NCBI GenBank assembly: GCA_024699355.1
Contig: JAILPR010000229.1
Coordinates: forward strand, 267 to 64,266
Source of the DNA: Lachnospiraceae bacterium
Lineage (GTDB): Bacteria; Bacillota; Clostridia; Lachnospirales; Lachnospiraceae
Length of the DNA stretch: 64,000 nt
Direction of reading: 5' to 3'
Positions 8,736 to 19,002 of this stretch are shown piece by piece. Position numbers and translations under genes: made by a program. Under the pieces are notes generated by a model. The model was not told the origin of the DNA. It made no database searches and saw nothing but the letters and a program-made list of their open reading frames with translations. Numbering within the stretch: position 1 is the first letter of the stretch; each line of letters opens with the position of its first letter.

Positions 8736-9257
8736 TTAGATTTCGGCATCTTCGCCCATGGCCATTTCGAGTGCCTGGCGTTCTTCCTCACCCAAGCCGA
8801 TCGCGCATTTTCCTTTCTTTACTTCTTTGGTATAAGAGTAGCAACCTTCTGCGCTGTGCACGGAATTTAAAATAAATCCGTCGTTCTTTTCATTTAATAA
8901 ACATAAACTAAAGGAAAGTTTTCCGCCCATCTGATTAAACGCATCATATTTAATGACGCCGATTTTCTGGAAGGTCTTTTCCATATTCTTATATAAGATA
9001 CGAATATCGTTCTTATTTTTTTCGGATGTGAGTTTCAACAATTCAATGTCACTCATTACCGTTGAAATTTCTTTTTCCAGGCTTTTGGCATTTTTCCCCT
9101 GTAAAAATTTATTCAGTCTTTTTTTCTGCTTGCCAAGCATTACAAAGAGCACGATTATCAGGATCAGTAAAACAACCGATACGCCGAGTAATCCGATAAA
9201 GAAATATGCCGGGTCGAGTCCGCCCATCCCCATCATATTAAAAAGCTGGCTTGTCAT
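8736..9257 (-). CDS. DUF4446-like small membrane protein typically found next to parB in Firmicutes
   Basis: One TM helix (YFFIGLLGVSVVLLILIIVLFVML). C-terminal YDAFNQMGGKLSFSLCLLN motif. Start moved to the ATG at 9257, which has GGAGG 5 nt upstream; the ORF-track start is 9278. Confidence 0.7.
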   Translation of the reverse strand: MTSQLFNMMGMGGLDPAYFFIGLLGVSVVLLILIIVLFVMLGKQKKRLNKFLQGKNAKSLEKEISTVMSDIELLKLTSEKNKNDIRILYKNMEKTFQKIGVIKYDAFNQMGGKLSFSLCLLNEKNDGFILNSVHSAEGCYSYTKEVKKGKCAIGLGEEERQALEMAMGEDAEI

Positions 9258-9301
9258 GATTTCCTCCGACCAGAACATTTGTTCTGTATTCTATTTGTTT
9301 C

Positions 9302-10213
9302 TTATTTTTTCTTCATAAGTGCGATCAGACGATCCAGGTCTTCGTGACTGTAGAATTCCAGTTCCATCTTACCTGCGCCATTCTCCTTTGGCACGATGGT
9401 TACCTTTGTTCCGAGCGCATCCTTTAAGTCATCCTCAATGTTATGATAGATAACACTGAGAGACTCATCCGTCACTTTCTTCCTGGATTCTTTCTTTGGC
9501 TTTAAGAAGTCCTTCGCCAGTTTCTCTGCTTCACGCACACTCAGTTTTTCATCAAAGATCTTTTGGGCCAGTTCGTACTGCACCTTCGGATCCTCGATGG
9601 TGATCAACGTTCTTGCATGACCGGTGGTCAGCATTTCATCGATGATCATCTGCTGTACTTCATCGCACAGTTTTAACAGACGCATGGAATTGGTAACCGT
9701 TGCTCTTGATTTTGATACACGCTCGGCTACCTCATCCTGCTTTAAGTTAAACTCTGTCAGCAATCTCTTGTAGGCCTGTGCTTCTTCGATCGGATTTAAA
9801 TCTTCACGCTGAATATTCTCGATCAACGCAATTTCTACAATTTCCTGTTCTGTAAAGTGACCGATAATGACAGGTACTTCTTTTAATCCGGCAATCTTGG
9901 ATGCTCTCCATCTACGCTCACCGGCAACGATCTCATAATAATCTTTTCGATCCTGCACCAGGATTGGTTGTAAGAGACCATACTTCTTAATGGACTCTGC
10001 CAGCTCCTGCAGGGCATCTTCATCAAAGTTCTTTCTCGGCTGGGATCTGTTCGGTTCTACCTTGGTGATCTTTACATAAACCTTTTCCCCATCCTCATAA
10101 TGATCCTTCTTTACTTCTTTTACTGCTTCTTTGGTTTCCTTTGCTTTCGTGCCGGAAGATGATGCTCCCGGAATCAGTGCGTCAAGGCCTTTCCCCAATC
10201 CTCTTGCTGCCAT
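9302..10213 (-). CDS. parB: Chromosome partitioning protein ParB/Spo0J
   Basis: GLGKGLDALI N-terminus, ParB box GERRWRA, HTH region, and position next to parA. Confidence 0.9.
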   Translation of the reverse strand: MAARGLGKGLDALIPGASSSGTKAKETKEAVKEVKKDHYEDGEKVYVKITKVEPNRSQPRKNFDEDALQELAESIKKYGLLQPILVQDRKDYYEIVAGERRWRASKIAGLKEVPVIIGHFTEQEIVEIALIENIQREDLNPIEEAQAYKRLLTEFNLKQDEVAERVSKSRATVTNSMRLLKLCDEVQQMIIDEMLTTGHARTLITIEDPKVQYELAQKIFDEKLSVREAEKLAKDFLKPKKESRKKVTDESLSVIYHNIEDDLKDALGTKVTIVPKENGAGKMELEFYSHEDLDRLIALMKKK

Positions 10214-10241
10214 ATGCTCACCTCTTTGTTTGATTTATGAT

Positions 10242-11006
10242 CTATGCTTCACGTGCAATTACTTCTTTTGCCAAATTGCGATATGCTTCCGCGCCTGCCG
10301 ATTTCTCATCATACTGATTGATCGGCATTCCATAACTGGGTGCTTCCGCTACTCTGATATTTCTCGGGATCAATGTTTCAAATACATGCTGTGTCAGATT
10401 GTTTTTTACATTTTCTACGACCTGCATGGATAAATTGGTTCTGGAATCATACATGGTAAATACCACACCTTCGATGTCCAATGTCGGATTGAGTCGTTCT
10501 CTTACCAGATTGACAGTATGGATCAACTGGCTTAATCCTTCCAGTGCATAATACTCACACTGAATCGGAACCAGTACTTTATCTGCTGCAGTCATGGAAT
10601 TTACAGTCAACATACTTAAAGACGGAGGACAGTCGATCAAAATATAATCATACTGATCTTTCACATAGTCCAGTTCCTTCTTTAAAATATACTGATTATC
10701 TTTTCGATCGATCAACTCAATTTCTGCTGCCGCAAGATTTACATTTGCCGGCAGAATAGAAACATTTGGAAATGCATCTTTGATAATACATTCGCCGATG
10801 GAAGTTTCTCCCAACATTAATTCATATACGGTATCTTCCAACTCGTTTTTATCAATTCCATATCCACTGGTTGCATTTCCCTGCGGATCAATATCTACCA
10901 GAAGTACTTTCTTTCCCTGTTCGGCAAGTGCCGCTGATAAATTGATTGATGTCGTTGTTTTACCAACCCCACCTTTTTGATTTGCTACTGCAAGTATTTT
11001 TGCCAT
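10242..11006 (-). CDS. parA: Chromosome partitioning ATPase ParA/Soj
   Basis: Deviant Walker A NQKGGVGKTTT; 254 aa; directly upstream of parB. Confidence 0.92.
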   Translation of the reverse strand: MAKILAVANQKGGVGKTTTSINLSAALAEQGKKVLLVDIDPQGNATSGYGIDKNELEDTVYELMLGETSIGECIIKDAFPNVSILPANVNLAAAEIELIDRKDNQYILKKELDYVKDQYDYILIDCPPSLSMLTVNSMTAADKVLVPIQCEYYALEGLSQLIHTVNLVRERLNPTLDIEGVVFTMYDSRTNLSMQVVENVKNNLTQHVFETLIPRNIRVAEAPSYGMPINQYDEKSAGAEAYRNLAKEVIAREA

Positions 11007-11171
11007 GTTGCTTTCCCTTCTACTTCATCTATTCCTAAGCGTCATTTTATCACAGTTTGTCGTTCTCCGCGATATGAATTGCCGCTTTCTTGCTGAAATC
11101 CTAGATGTTGTACCTTTCGGTATTGCCTTTTTATGCCAATTTTTTAATTGTGTATGCGATTCTCTTTGTTA

Positions 11172-11187
11172 TGTTTCACGTGAAACA
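11172..11187. other. parS centromere-like site (perfect consensus)
   Basis: TGTTTCACGTGAAACA matches the Firmicute parS consensus TGTTNCACGTGAAACA at every position and is a perfect palindrome. Confidence 0.85.
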
Positions 11188-11210
11188 TGTGGACCATTTT
11201 TACAAGATTA

Positions 11211-11226
11211 TGTTTCACGTGAAACA
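11211..11226. other. parS centromere-like site (perfect consensus), second copy
   Basis: Identical TGTTTCACGTGAAACA 39 bp from the first copy. Both lie within a 20-bp direct repeat TTATGTTTCACGTGAAACAT. Confidence 0.85.
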
Positions 11227-11374
11227 TTATACCCACAACATCTAGGGGCTCCCTTTTGTGGAACATTGAATGTTTCACGCTGTTTTCAAGGGTTTCACAT
11301 CCTGAAAATAGCCGTTTTTGCTGTTTTTCAAACAATTTCAAAAGAGCCGCCGACACAAGATATGGTGCTATGCT

Positions 11375-12100
11375 CTATGACAGCGGATTTTTTAACGGCG
11401 TACCTGCTTTACGAGGATACTTTTTTGAAGTATGCTCTACCTTTTCAATCATTACCAGAGTACGATAGAGTTCTGTCTCCGGAATGGAATACTCTTCCGT
11501 TCGAAAAACTTTTCCTCCAAGCAAATGAATGGCGGCCTTCGCCTGCATGATTTCTTCTTCCGTCTTTTCAGATTTATATGCAACAAACAATCCACCCTGT
11601 TTTACAAAAGGAATACAGAACTCCGATAAGGTAGATAAATTTGCGACCGCACGTGAAACAACAAGATCAAACTGTTCCCGGTACTCTATCTTGTGAGATA
11701 AATCTTCACTTCTTCCATGCACCGTTGAGATTCCGTTCAGCTGTAACCGCTCAATCACCTCATCTAAAAAGGTTAATCTCTTCTGCAAAGAATCCAATAA
11801 AACGATTTCACAGGATGGAAACATGATTTTCAATGGAATTCCGGGAAATCCGGCTCCGGTTCCAACATCAAGGATCTGTTTTTTGGAAGAGAGATCAATG
11901 CAACTCGCAATTGCGAGACTATCCAGAAAGTGTTTTTGCAAAACTTCAGATAGTTCCGTAATGGCAGTAAGATTCATTTTTTCGTTCCATGTGATCAGCA
12001 ATTCATAATATGCCTGAAATTGCTCAAGTTGCCGATCCGTCATAGTTAAATGATATGCCTGATTTGCAGTGGCTCTAAATTTTTCAAATGCGTCGTTCAT
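11375..12100 (-). CDS. rsmG: 16S rRNA (guanine527-N7)-methyltransferase RsmG (GidB)
   Basis: SAM-binding motif LDVGTGAGFPGIPLKI; conserved position after mnmG. Confidence 0.9.
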   Translation of the reverse strand: MNDAFEKFRATANQAYHLTMTDRQLEQFQAYYELLITWNEKMNLTAITELSEVLQKHFLDSLAIASCIDLSSKKQILDVGTGAGFPGIPLKIMFPSCEIVLLDSLQKRLTFLDEVIERLQLNGISTVHGRSEDLSHKIEYREQFDLVVSRAVANLSTLSEFCIPFVKQGGLFVAYKSEKTEEEIMQAKAAIHLLGGKVFRTEEYSIPETELYRTLVMIEKVEHTSKKYPRKAGTPLKNPLS

Positions 12101-12115
12101 AGCATCCTCTATGTA

Positions 12116-14011
12116 TTACTGTCTGCGATACTTTTCGAGATAGATCAAAAGCACAGAAATATCCGCCGGAGAAACACCGGAAATTCTGGAAGCCTGACCG
12201 ATAGATACCGGCTTGTGAAGCGCAAGTTTTTGACGCGCCTCAATTCTGAGATTCTGAATATTCATATAATCCAGATCCTCCGGAATCAATTTTGTTTCTA
12301 ATTTTTTAAACTGTTCTACCTGACGATTTTGACGTTCAATATATCCTTCATATTTTACAGCAATGTTAATCTGTTCAATCACATCATCCGGAATATTGGC
12401 CGGACGTTTGTCATCCAGCGGTGCGACTTCTTCATAAGAAAGTTCCGGTCGACAGATCAGATCCGCAAGCGTCGTCCCGGTCCGAAGAGGTGTCGACTCC
12501 CTTGAAATCAAAAATTCCTGTACATCCTTTGCACCACCGATGATCGTCTCTTTCAATCTCTGAATTTCGGAAGAGATCAGTTCTTTCTTTCGAAGAAATG
12601 CATCATGCTCTTCTTCACTGATCAAACCAACCTGATATCCGATTTCTCGAAGACGAAGATCCGCATTATCCTGGCGAAGAAGTAATCTGTATTCTGCACG
12701 GGACGTCATCATTCGATATGGTTCCGGACTTTCTTTGGTTACCAGATCATCGATTAAAACACCGATATATGCCTGGGAGCGATCCAGAATGATTTCCGGT
12801 TTTCCCTGTAATTTCATAGAAGCATTGATTCCGGCAATCAGTCCCTGCGCCGCTGCTTCCTCATATCCGCTACTACCATTAAACTGACCGGCGCTGTACA
12901 GGCCGGAAATATGTTGAAACTCCAGCGTCAGTTTTAACTGTCCGGGAGCAATGCAATCATATTCGATCGCATATGCATTACGTACAATCTTACAATGTTC
13001 CAATCCGGGAACCGTTCGGTACATCGCCAGCTGCACATCTTCCGGAAGAGAAGAACTCATGCCATCGACATACATTTCATTGGAATACTTACTTTCCGGT
13101 TCAATAAAAACCTGGTGACGATTTTTTTCCGCAAACTTCACAACCTTATCTTCAATGGATGGACAGTATCTCGGACCGGTACCTTCAATAACTCCGGCAA
13201 ACAAAGGCGAGCGGTCTAAATTTTCCCGAATGATCTGATGCGTCTCTTCATTGGTATATGTTAAATAACAAGGTTCCTGTTCTTTTTGAATTTCACGTGG
13301 ATTCGTGGAATAAGAGAACGGAATCACCTTTTCATCTCCAAGCTGCGGCGTCATCTTTGAAAAATCAATAGACCGTTTGTCCATTCGCGCCGGTGTACCT
13401 GTTTTAAACCGACGAAGTGCAATCCCGATTTCTTCCAGAGACTTGGAAAAATGATTCGAAGGCATCAGACCGTTCGGACCCGTATAAGTAATAGCTTCGC
13501 CACATAAACATCTGGCATTCAAATATGTTCCGGTACAAAGGATCACCGCACGACATTCATAGATCCCACCGGTAAAGATTTTGACACCGGTAACCGTTTT
13601 CTTTCCTTTGACTTCTTCAGTCAATATTTGAACCACTTCACCCTGCTTGATGGTCAAATGATCCTGCATCTCCATCTTCAGACGCATGGTCCGGCTATAC
13701 TCCTGCTTGTCCGCCTGACAACGAAGCGAATGAACCGCAGGACCCTTGGAAACATTTAACATTTTGGACTGTAAAAACGTACGATCGATATTTTTACCCA
13801 TCTCGCCGCCAAGTGCATCGATTTCACGAACAAGATGTCCTTTGGAGGATCCCCCGATATGTGGATTACAGGGCATCATGGCGATACTGTCAACACTAAC
13901 GGTAAAGATAACGGTTTCAAGCCCAAGTCTGGCTGCAGCAAGTGCAGCTTCGCATCCGGCATGACCGGCACCTACAACACATACATCAACTTTTTCACGA
14001 AATTCAGGCAT
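12116..14011 (-). CDS. mnmG: tRNA uridine 5-carboxymethylaminomethyl modification enzyme MnmG (GidA)
   Basis: FAD motif [12 protein letters not shown]. Start trimmed to ATG 14011 ([10 protein letters not shown]...; AGGAGAAGAAC upstream). The ORF-track start 14116 would overlap mnmE. Confidence 0.93.
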   Translation of the reverse strand: MPEFREKVDVCVVGAGHAGCEAALAAARLGLETVIFTVSVDSIAMMPCNPHIGGSSKGHLVREIDALGGEMGKNIDRTFLQSKMLNVSKGPAVHSLRCQADKQEYSRTMRLKMEMQDHLTIKQGEVVQILTEEVKGKKTVTGVKIFTGGIYECRAVILCTGTYLNARCLCGEAITYTGPNGLMPSNHFSKSLEEIGIALRRFKTGTPARMDKRSIDFSKMTPQLGDEKVIPFSYSTNPREIQKEQEPCYLTYTNEETHQIIRENLDRSPLFAGVIEGTGPRYCPSIEDKVVKFAEKNRHQVFIEPESKYSNEMYVDGMSSSLPEDVQLAMYRTVPGLEHCKIVRNAYAIEYDCIAPGQLKLTLEFQHISGLYSAGQFNGSSGYEEAAAQGLIAGINASMKLQGKPEIILDRSQAYIGVLIDDLVTKESPEPYRMMTSRAEYRLLLRQDNADLRLREIGYQVGLISEEEHDAFLRKKELISSEIQRLKETIIGGAKDVQEFLISRESTPLRTGTTLADLICRPELSYEEVAPLDDKRPANIPDDVIEQINIAVKYEGYIERQNRQVEQFKKLETKLIPEDLDYMNIQNLRIEARQKLALHKPVSIGQASRISGVSPADISVLLIYLEKYRRQ

Positions 14012-14024
14012 GTTCTTCTCCTGC

Positions 14025-15443
14025 TTATTTTCCCATACAGAACTTTGAGAAAATTTCATTGACCAGATCATCCTCGACTTCCTCGCCAATGATAAATCCA
14101 AGTTCTGCATAAGCATTCATTAAATCGATAGAATAAAAATCTTCCGACAACCCCTGTGCAATACTCTCCTGCACAAGGTTAATACTCTTTGCCGCATTGA
14201 GCAAATGATTCTTTTGTCTCAGGTTTGTAATAACAACCTCATCATTATAGGAAGATAACTTTCCACTGAAAAACATTTCATCAATAAGTTCTTTTAATTG
14301 TGCAATACAAGCATCAATGGAAAGTTCCTTCTGTTCAGAGGTAAAGGAAGCCACGGTACTAAACGGTAAAATCTGTGAAGACGGGATCGGCAATAGAGAA
14401 GCAATCTCTTCTTTGGATACCGCCTGAGATAAATCCGATTTATTTAGTAACACAATACAAGGGGTCTTACCGATCAATGAAATGATCTGACGATCACTTT
14501 CATCCAATGGTACAGAGGAATCTACCATATAAATGATCAGATCGGCATCTTTCGCAAAGGCAGTCGCTTTTTCAACACCCATCTGTTCAATAACATCCTC
14601 GGTATCACGGATTCCGGCCGTATCAATCAGATGTAATGAAAAATTCCCCATCTGAATGGTTTCTTCAAGCGCATCTCTGGTCGTACCGGCAATATCGGTA
14701 ACGATTGCTTTATCACATCCGACAAGCGTATTTAAAAAAGAAGACTTACCGGCATTCGGTTTTCCCAAAATACAGGTAGAAATACCATCTTTCAGGATTT
14801 TCCCGTGATCCGCACTTTCAATAAATAAAGACAGTTCTGCGGAAAGTGTTTCCAACAGATCATGTAACTGATCCGGAAATCCGGTCAGATCATAGTTTTC
14901 CGGATCATCCAGCGCAGATTCAATATACGCCATCTGATAAAGAATCTTTTCCCGAAATGCTTTGATCTTACGATAAACCGCACCGGATAATTGCGCTGCA
15001 GAATTTTTTAATGCAAAGTCATTTTTAGCACTGATCAGATCCATAACAGCCTCAGCTTCAGAAAGATCAATACGACCGCCCAAAAATGCACGCTTTGTAA
15101 ATTCTCCCGGTTCAGCGATCTGAACTCCAAGTGAGATTAACAATTTTAAAATCTTTTGTGTAATCAACGGACCGCCATGACAATTAATCTCAACAACATC
15201 TTCAGTCGTATATGTACGCGGTGCTCTCATCACGGAAACAAGAACTTCATCCAACATCATGTTCCGATCTATGATCGTTCCGTAATGAATCGTATGTGAT
15301 GCGACATCCGTCAGGCGGATTCCTCGTTTGGAAGAAAAAATTTGATCGACATAAGAAATCGCGTCTTCTCCGCTGACACGAATAATACTGATTCCGGATT
15401 CGGAAAGTGCAGTTGCAATTCCGGCAATGGTTGCATGATCCAT
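14025..15443 (-). CDS. mnmE: tRNA modification GTPase MnmE (TrmE)
   Basis: G-domain motifs GKPNAGKSS and DTAG; C-terminal FCMGK (CxGK) motif. Confidence 0.93.
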   Translation of the reverse strand: MDHATIAGIATALSESGISIIRVSGEDAISYVDQIFSSKRGIRLTDVASHTIHYGTIIDRNMMLDEVLVSVMRAPRTYTTEDVVEINCHGGPLITQKILKLLISLGVQIAEPGEFTKRAFLGGRIDLSEAEAVMDLISAKNDFALKNSAAQLSGAVYRKIKAFREKILYQMAYIESALDDPENYDLTGFPDQLHDLLETLSAELSLFIESADHGKILKDGISTCILGKPNAGKSSFLNTLVGCDKAIVTDIAGTTRDALEETIQMGNFSLHLIDTAGIRDTEDVIEQMGVEKATAFAKDADLIIYMVDSSVPLDESDRQIISLIGKTPCIVLLNKSDLSQAVSKEEIASLLPIPSSQILPFSTVASFTSEQKELSIDACIAQLKELIDEMFFSGKLSSYNDEVVITNLRQKNHLLNAAKSINLVQESIAQGLSEDFYSIDLMNAYAELGFIIGEEVEDDLVNEIFSKFCMGK

Positions 15444-15475
15444 ATGGCACTCCGATCTAAGGCTGATTTTGCCTC

Positions 15476-15515
15476 ACAAAAAAGATGGCAGCACCCTTCA
15501 AAGGCATGCTGCCAT
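15476..15515 (-). terminator. Rho-independent terminator after jag
   Basis: Minus strand ATGGCAGCA-(13 nt)-TGCTGCCAT (9-bp perfect stem) followed by CTTTTTTGTG. Confidence 0.75.
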
Positions 15516-15544
15516 TTTAAACTTACCTAAACTGCCTCGATAAA

Positions 15545-16273
15545 TTATCTCTTTAAAGTAACAACAACATGACGATACGGTTCTTCACCTTCACTATGTG
15601 TCGTTACATATTTATCGTTCTGAAGTGCAGAATGAATGATTCTACGTTCATAAGGATTCATTGCTTCAAGAGAAACCGCTCTCTTGGTTCTCTTTACCTT
15701 ATATGCGATGTTCTTTGCAAGATTCTCAAGGGTTTCTTTTCTTCTCTGACGATAATTTTCAGTATCTACCTTAACACGAATATACTCGTCTTTCCTGGTA
15801 TTCACAACCAGAGAAACCAAATACTGTAAAGAATCCAGGGTCTGTCCTCTCTTGCCGATCAAAACGCCCATATCCTCACCGCTTAAATCAACATTCAGAG
15901 TACTCTCTTGCGCATCATAAGAAGTTTCGATCACAACAGCCATATTCATAGCAACAAATACAGAGTGTAAAAACTCTTTTGCTTTGGTCTCGATTTCTTC
16001 TGCAGGTAACGTAGAAGGTCTTACCTTGGACTTGCTTTCGGAAGAAACAGCTTCTTCTTTCTTCTCAGCCTTAACTTCTTTAACCGGCTCTGCCTTTTCT
16101 TCTCTCTTTACTCTGGCTCTGATCACTGCCTGCTTGGAACCGATTCCCAAAAATCCGTTGGAACCTTCTTCGATCACTTCATACTCCAATTTATCACTTG
16201 TCACTGAAAACTGCTGGCAAGCTTCTGTAATACAATCATTTACAGTTTTAGCAGAAAATAATTCGAAATTCAT
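15545..16273 (-). CDS. jag: RNA-binding protein Jag/KhpB (KH + R3H domains)
   Basis: Jag_N-like N-terminus, Lys/Glu-rich linker, C-terminal R3H-type segment (MNPYERRIIHSAL), and position after yidC. Confidence 0.85.
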   Translation of the reverse strand: MNFELFSAKTVNDCITEACQQFSVTSDKLEYEVIEEGSNGFLGIGSKQAVIRARVKREEKAEPVKEVKAEKKEEAVSSESKSKVRPSTLPAEEIETKAKEFLHSVFVAMNMAVVIETSYDAQESTLNVDLSGEDMGVLIGKRGQTLDSLQYLVSLVVNTRKDEYIRVKVDTENYRQRRKETLENLAKNIAYKVKRTKRAVSLEAMNPYERRIIHSALQNDKYVTTHSEGEEPYRHVVVTLKR

Positions 16274-16311
16274 AACTCACCTCATCTATTATTCAATATC
16301 AACGACAACAG

Positions 16312-17589
16312 TTAATTTTCTTCGTTATACTCACGAACCATATTAATCTTGGACGCGATACTTCCTTCAGGCGCATTTTCTTTGAAGAATTCATAAGCCT
16401 TTTGAATCTTCTCCTCGTTATCTACCGAGGTTTCGGAAGAAACCGTACCTCTGGAAGAGATTTTCTTGGTGTTTACATTTGCATACTCACGAAGACGTGC
16501 ATTTGTCACACCGGCTTTTTCCATCTTTGCTGCTGCTTTCTCCTTATTCTTTTCGATCAGCGCATCAAAATCCATCTTATCGATCCGCTTATTCATGATG
16601 ATCTGGAGAATACTACGAATAACAGCACTTGCGATCCAGTAGATACCCATACCTGCAGGAAGTGTGAACGTAAACCATGCGGAAATCAACGGCATGATCG
16701 TATTCATGGTCTTCATCTGCTGCGCCATCTGATCGGCCTGGGAATTACCGTTGCTTGCAGCCTGCGGGATCAATTTGGTGTTAAACCACTGAGATAAAGC
16801 AGATAACACAGGGATCATCACTGCCGCAAAAATGATCAGATAATTTTTCTCGGCAAATGCATTCTGAATGGTATACCAAGGAGAATCACTGATATTTAAT
16901 CCGAAGAAATAATTATACTTATGTAATAAATCAAGAGAATGATTTACATCATCTGCCAGAGACGGATACTGTGTGATCAGACTCTGCCAGTCTGTTGTGC
17001 TGGCACGATTTAACACATCAATATAGGTATTCTGAACATACTCCGTAACACCGGAGGTAAAGCTTTCATTACTAAACTGCTTTGTAAACTGTGCGGCATT
17101 GGTAAAATTCTGAATAAATTCCGCACTTCCTGCCTGCTCGATCAAACGATCTACCAGCGGGAAAAATGCATCTTTGATCTGACTTACATAAGCCGGCAAA
17201 GAATAAATTACATGATACAAAGACCAAAGGATCGGTAACTGGATCAGCAATTGAAGACAGCTGCCGGTCGGTGAAACACCATACTTGGCATAAACAGCCT
17301 GCGTTTCTGTGTTTCTTGCCATCATGGAATCATTATCGTTTTTTCCTTTGTACTTTTCATTGATGGCATTCAGTTCCGGTGCCATTTTCGCCTGAAGTTT
17401 GGAGAACTTCTGCTGGCGATACGTCAACGGACTTAACAACAGATAAATAACTAGAGTAAAGAAAATGATGGCCAGACCGATATACGGAAGACCGATCTTA
17501 TCCAATACAAAAAAGATGCCTTCCATCAGATAGCCTAAAATGCTGGATACCCATCCGATAATGAAGGTTGAGCTTTTGGTTAATAACAT
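16312..17589 (-). CDS. yidC: Membrane protein insertase YidC/SpoIIIJ family (long form, 425 aa)
   Basis: Polytopic protein with the conserved LSPLTYRQQKFS helix-1 region and a basic C-terminal tail; rnpA-yidD-yidC-jag synteny. Confidence 0.9.
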   Translation of the reverse strand: MLLTKSSTFIIGWVSSILGYLMEGIFFVLDKIGLPYIGLAIIFFTLVIYLLLSPLTYRQQKFSKLQAKMAPELNAINEKYKGKNDNDSMMARNTETQAVYAKYGVSPTGSCLQLLIQLPILWSLYHVIYSLPAYVSQIKDAFFPLVDRLIEQAGSAEFIQNFTNAAQFTKQFSNESFTSGVTEYVQNTYIDVLNRASTTDWQSLITQYPSLADDVNHSLDLLHKYNYFFGLNISDSPWYTIQNAFAEKNYLIIFAAVMIPVLSALSQWFNTKLIPQAASNGNSQADQMAQQMKTMNTIMPLISAWFTFTLPAGMGIYWIASAVIRSILQIIMNKRIDKMDFDALIEKNKEKAAAKMEKAGVTNARLREYANVNTKKISSRGTVSSETSVDNEEKIQKAYEFFKENAPEGSIASKINMVREYNEEN

Positions 17590-17612
17590 GTCAAACTCCT
17601 TTGCTAGTCTTT

Positions 17613-17831
17613 TTAAGGAACCGGATCATACCCACCTTTTGAAAACGGATTACAGCGCAAAACTCTCCATGCCGCAAGCAATCCTCCTTTGAATGCCCCG
17701 TATTTTTCAATCGCCTCAAGTCCGTACTCGGAACAGGTCGGCGTATAAGGACATTTGGTTGTTTTCATTGGTGAAATATATTTTCTATAAACTTGAATAA
17801 GCCAAATTAATAATTTCTTCATCATACTCAA
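17613..17831 (-). CDS. yidD: Membrane protein insertion efficiency factor YidD
   Basis: Signature [19 protein letters not shown]...RCNPF...GGYDPVP. The start could be any of three nearby ATGs. Confidence 0.85.
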   Translation of the reverse strand: MSMMKKLLIWLIQVYRKYISPMKTTKCPYTPTCSEYGLEAIEKYGAFKGGLLAAWRVLRCNPFSKGGYDPVP

Positions 17832-17837
17832 AATTCC

Positions 17838-18173
17838 TCATAACAAAATGTCATGAAGCTTCGCTAGATGCAACAGTGCACTTTCGATGTCCGCGTAAGA
17901 AGCATCGGCTGCACTTTTTTTGGCAACGACTACGATATCTAAACCACTATTAAATACCTTTTCGTGTAGTCGGTAAGATTCTCTGACCAGTCTGCAAAAG
18001 TGATGACGAACAACACTGTTCCCTACTTTTTTACTGACAGAAATTCCAAGTCGGTTTATATCCAGATGATTTTCCACAACATACATGATCAGGAAACGAT
18101 TTCCCTTGCTTTTTCCTTGTCTATAAACGACCTGAAAATCACTATTCTTTTTTAATGACGTTGAAAATTCCAT
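17838..18173 (-). CDS. rnpA: Ribonuclease P protein component
   Basis: LKKNSDFQVVYRQGKS... aligns with B. subtilis RnpA LKKNEDFQKVF. The ATG at 18173 is preferred over the ORF-track start 18203 because of N-terminal length. Neither start has a clear SD. Confidence 0.8.
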   Translation of the reverse strand: MEFSTSLKKNSDFQVVYRQGKSKGNRFLIMYVVENHLDINRLGISVSKKVGNSVVRHHFCRLVRESYRLHEKVFNSGLDIVVVAKKSAADASYADIESALLHLAKLHDILL

Positions 18174-18230
18174 ATGATTTAGACATAAGAAAATAGGCCA
18201 CATTATAATAATGCGGCCTATGAAATAACC

Positions 18231-18365
18231 TTATGCAGATAATTTCTTTCTTCCTTTTGCTCTTCTGGCTGCTAAAACTTTTCTTCCTCCCGGAGTACTC
18301 ATTCTTGCTCTAAAACCATGCACCTTAGATCTCTGGCGCTTCTTTGGCTGAAAAGTCATCTTCAT
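18231..18365 (-). CDS. rpmH: 50S ribosomal protein L34
   Basis: Not in the ORF track (44 aa). Minus-strand translation: [50 protein letters not shown] lies 8 nt upstream. Confidence 0.92.
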   Translation of the reverse strand: MKMTFQPKKRQRSKVHGFRARMSTPGGRKVLAARRAKGRKKLSA

Positions 18366-18489
18366 AACTCAATACACCTCCTTTGCAAACCTTACATTCA
18401 ACAATCTTTTCGAATTCTGTTGCCGAATAGGAAGCAACAAATGAATTTTCATCGGATATCTAAATAAGGCAATACTTTCAAAATCGTAA

Positions 18490-18914
18490 TGTGGAAAATA
18501 TCTTCAAAATTATACATATAAAAGGAAATTAAGTCAAGTGAGCATCCTGTAAAAAATAGAAAAAAACCGCATAAAATCGGCATTTTTTTAGAATCAATAC
18601 CTTGTGGATAATCGAGGAAATAACAACAATATTTTGTAGTTATACCTGAATCTGATGAGTTATCCACTTATCCACAATTTGGAAAATGTGGATAACTAAC
18701 TTAACATAAAAGAAATCCACAATTTGTGGATAAGTTGTGGATAAGTAAAAAACATACACATTAAAAACCATCATTGTGGATAAAATCGAGAAAACATCAG
18801 TGTTTATAAAAGGATAAGTAACAAACGGTTTTTCCACATTATGTGTTTAAACGATGAATATTTTGTGATCAAATATCTTTTTCATTTTGACAATGTGGAT
18901 AAGTCTGTGGAAAG
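18490..18914. other. oriC, upstream DnaA-box cluster (rpmH-dnaA intergenic)
   Basis: Seven perfect TTATCCACA boxes in either orientation: 18603-18611, 18668-18676, 18687-18695, 18725-18733, 18736-18744, 18775-18783 and 18894-18902. There are also 1-2-mismatch boxes, for example 18490-18498, 18660-18668 and 18829-18837. Confidence 0.88.
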
Positions 18915-19002
18915 AAACAAAATTTGAAAAAAATATGTCTTTATATTATTATGTTATGGATAGGGTATTGTCGAATTTATGCCCTTTTTAGAAGGGAGAA
19001 TT

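Noticed and set aside
11005-11550. ORFs in the parA-rsmG spacer (181 aa plus strand; 70 aa minus strand with MFHVKH repeats; 70 aa plus strand)
   Set aside because: They are generated by the palindromic parS copies and run into the rsmG antisense strand. They have no RBS. The region is better explained as parS/promoter DNA.
11645-11660. Additional parS-like sequences: GACCGCACGTGAAACA inside rsmG, and TGTTTCACGCTGTTTT at 11271-11286
   Set aside because: Only one half-site matches in each (12/16 or fewer). ParB binding to half-sites is weak, so they are not called as features.
18969-18975. Spo0A-box-like TGTCGAA just upstream of dnaA
   Set aside because: A single 7-mer is expected several times by chance in 64 kb on two strands. 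There is no cluster of 0A boxes, and it is unknown whether the organism has Spo0A.
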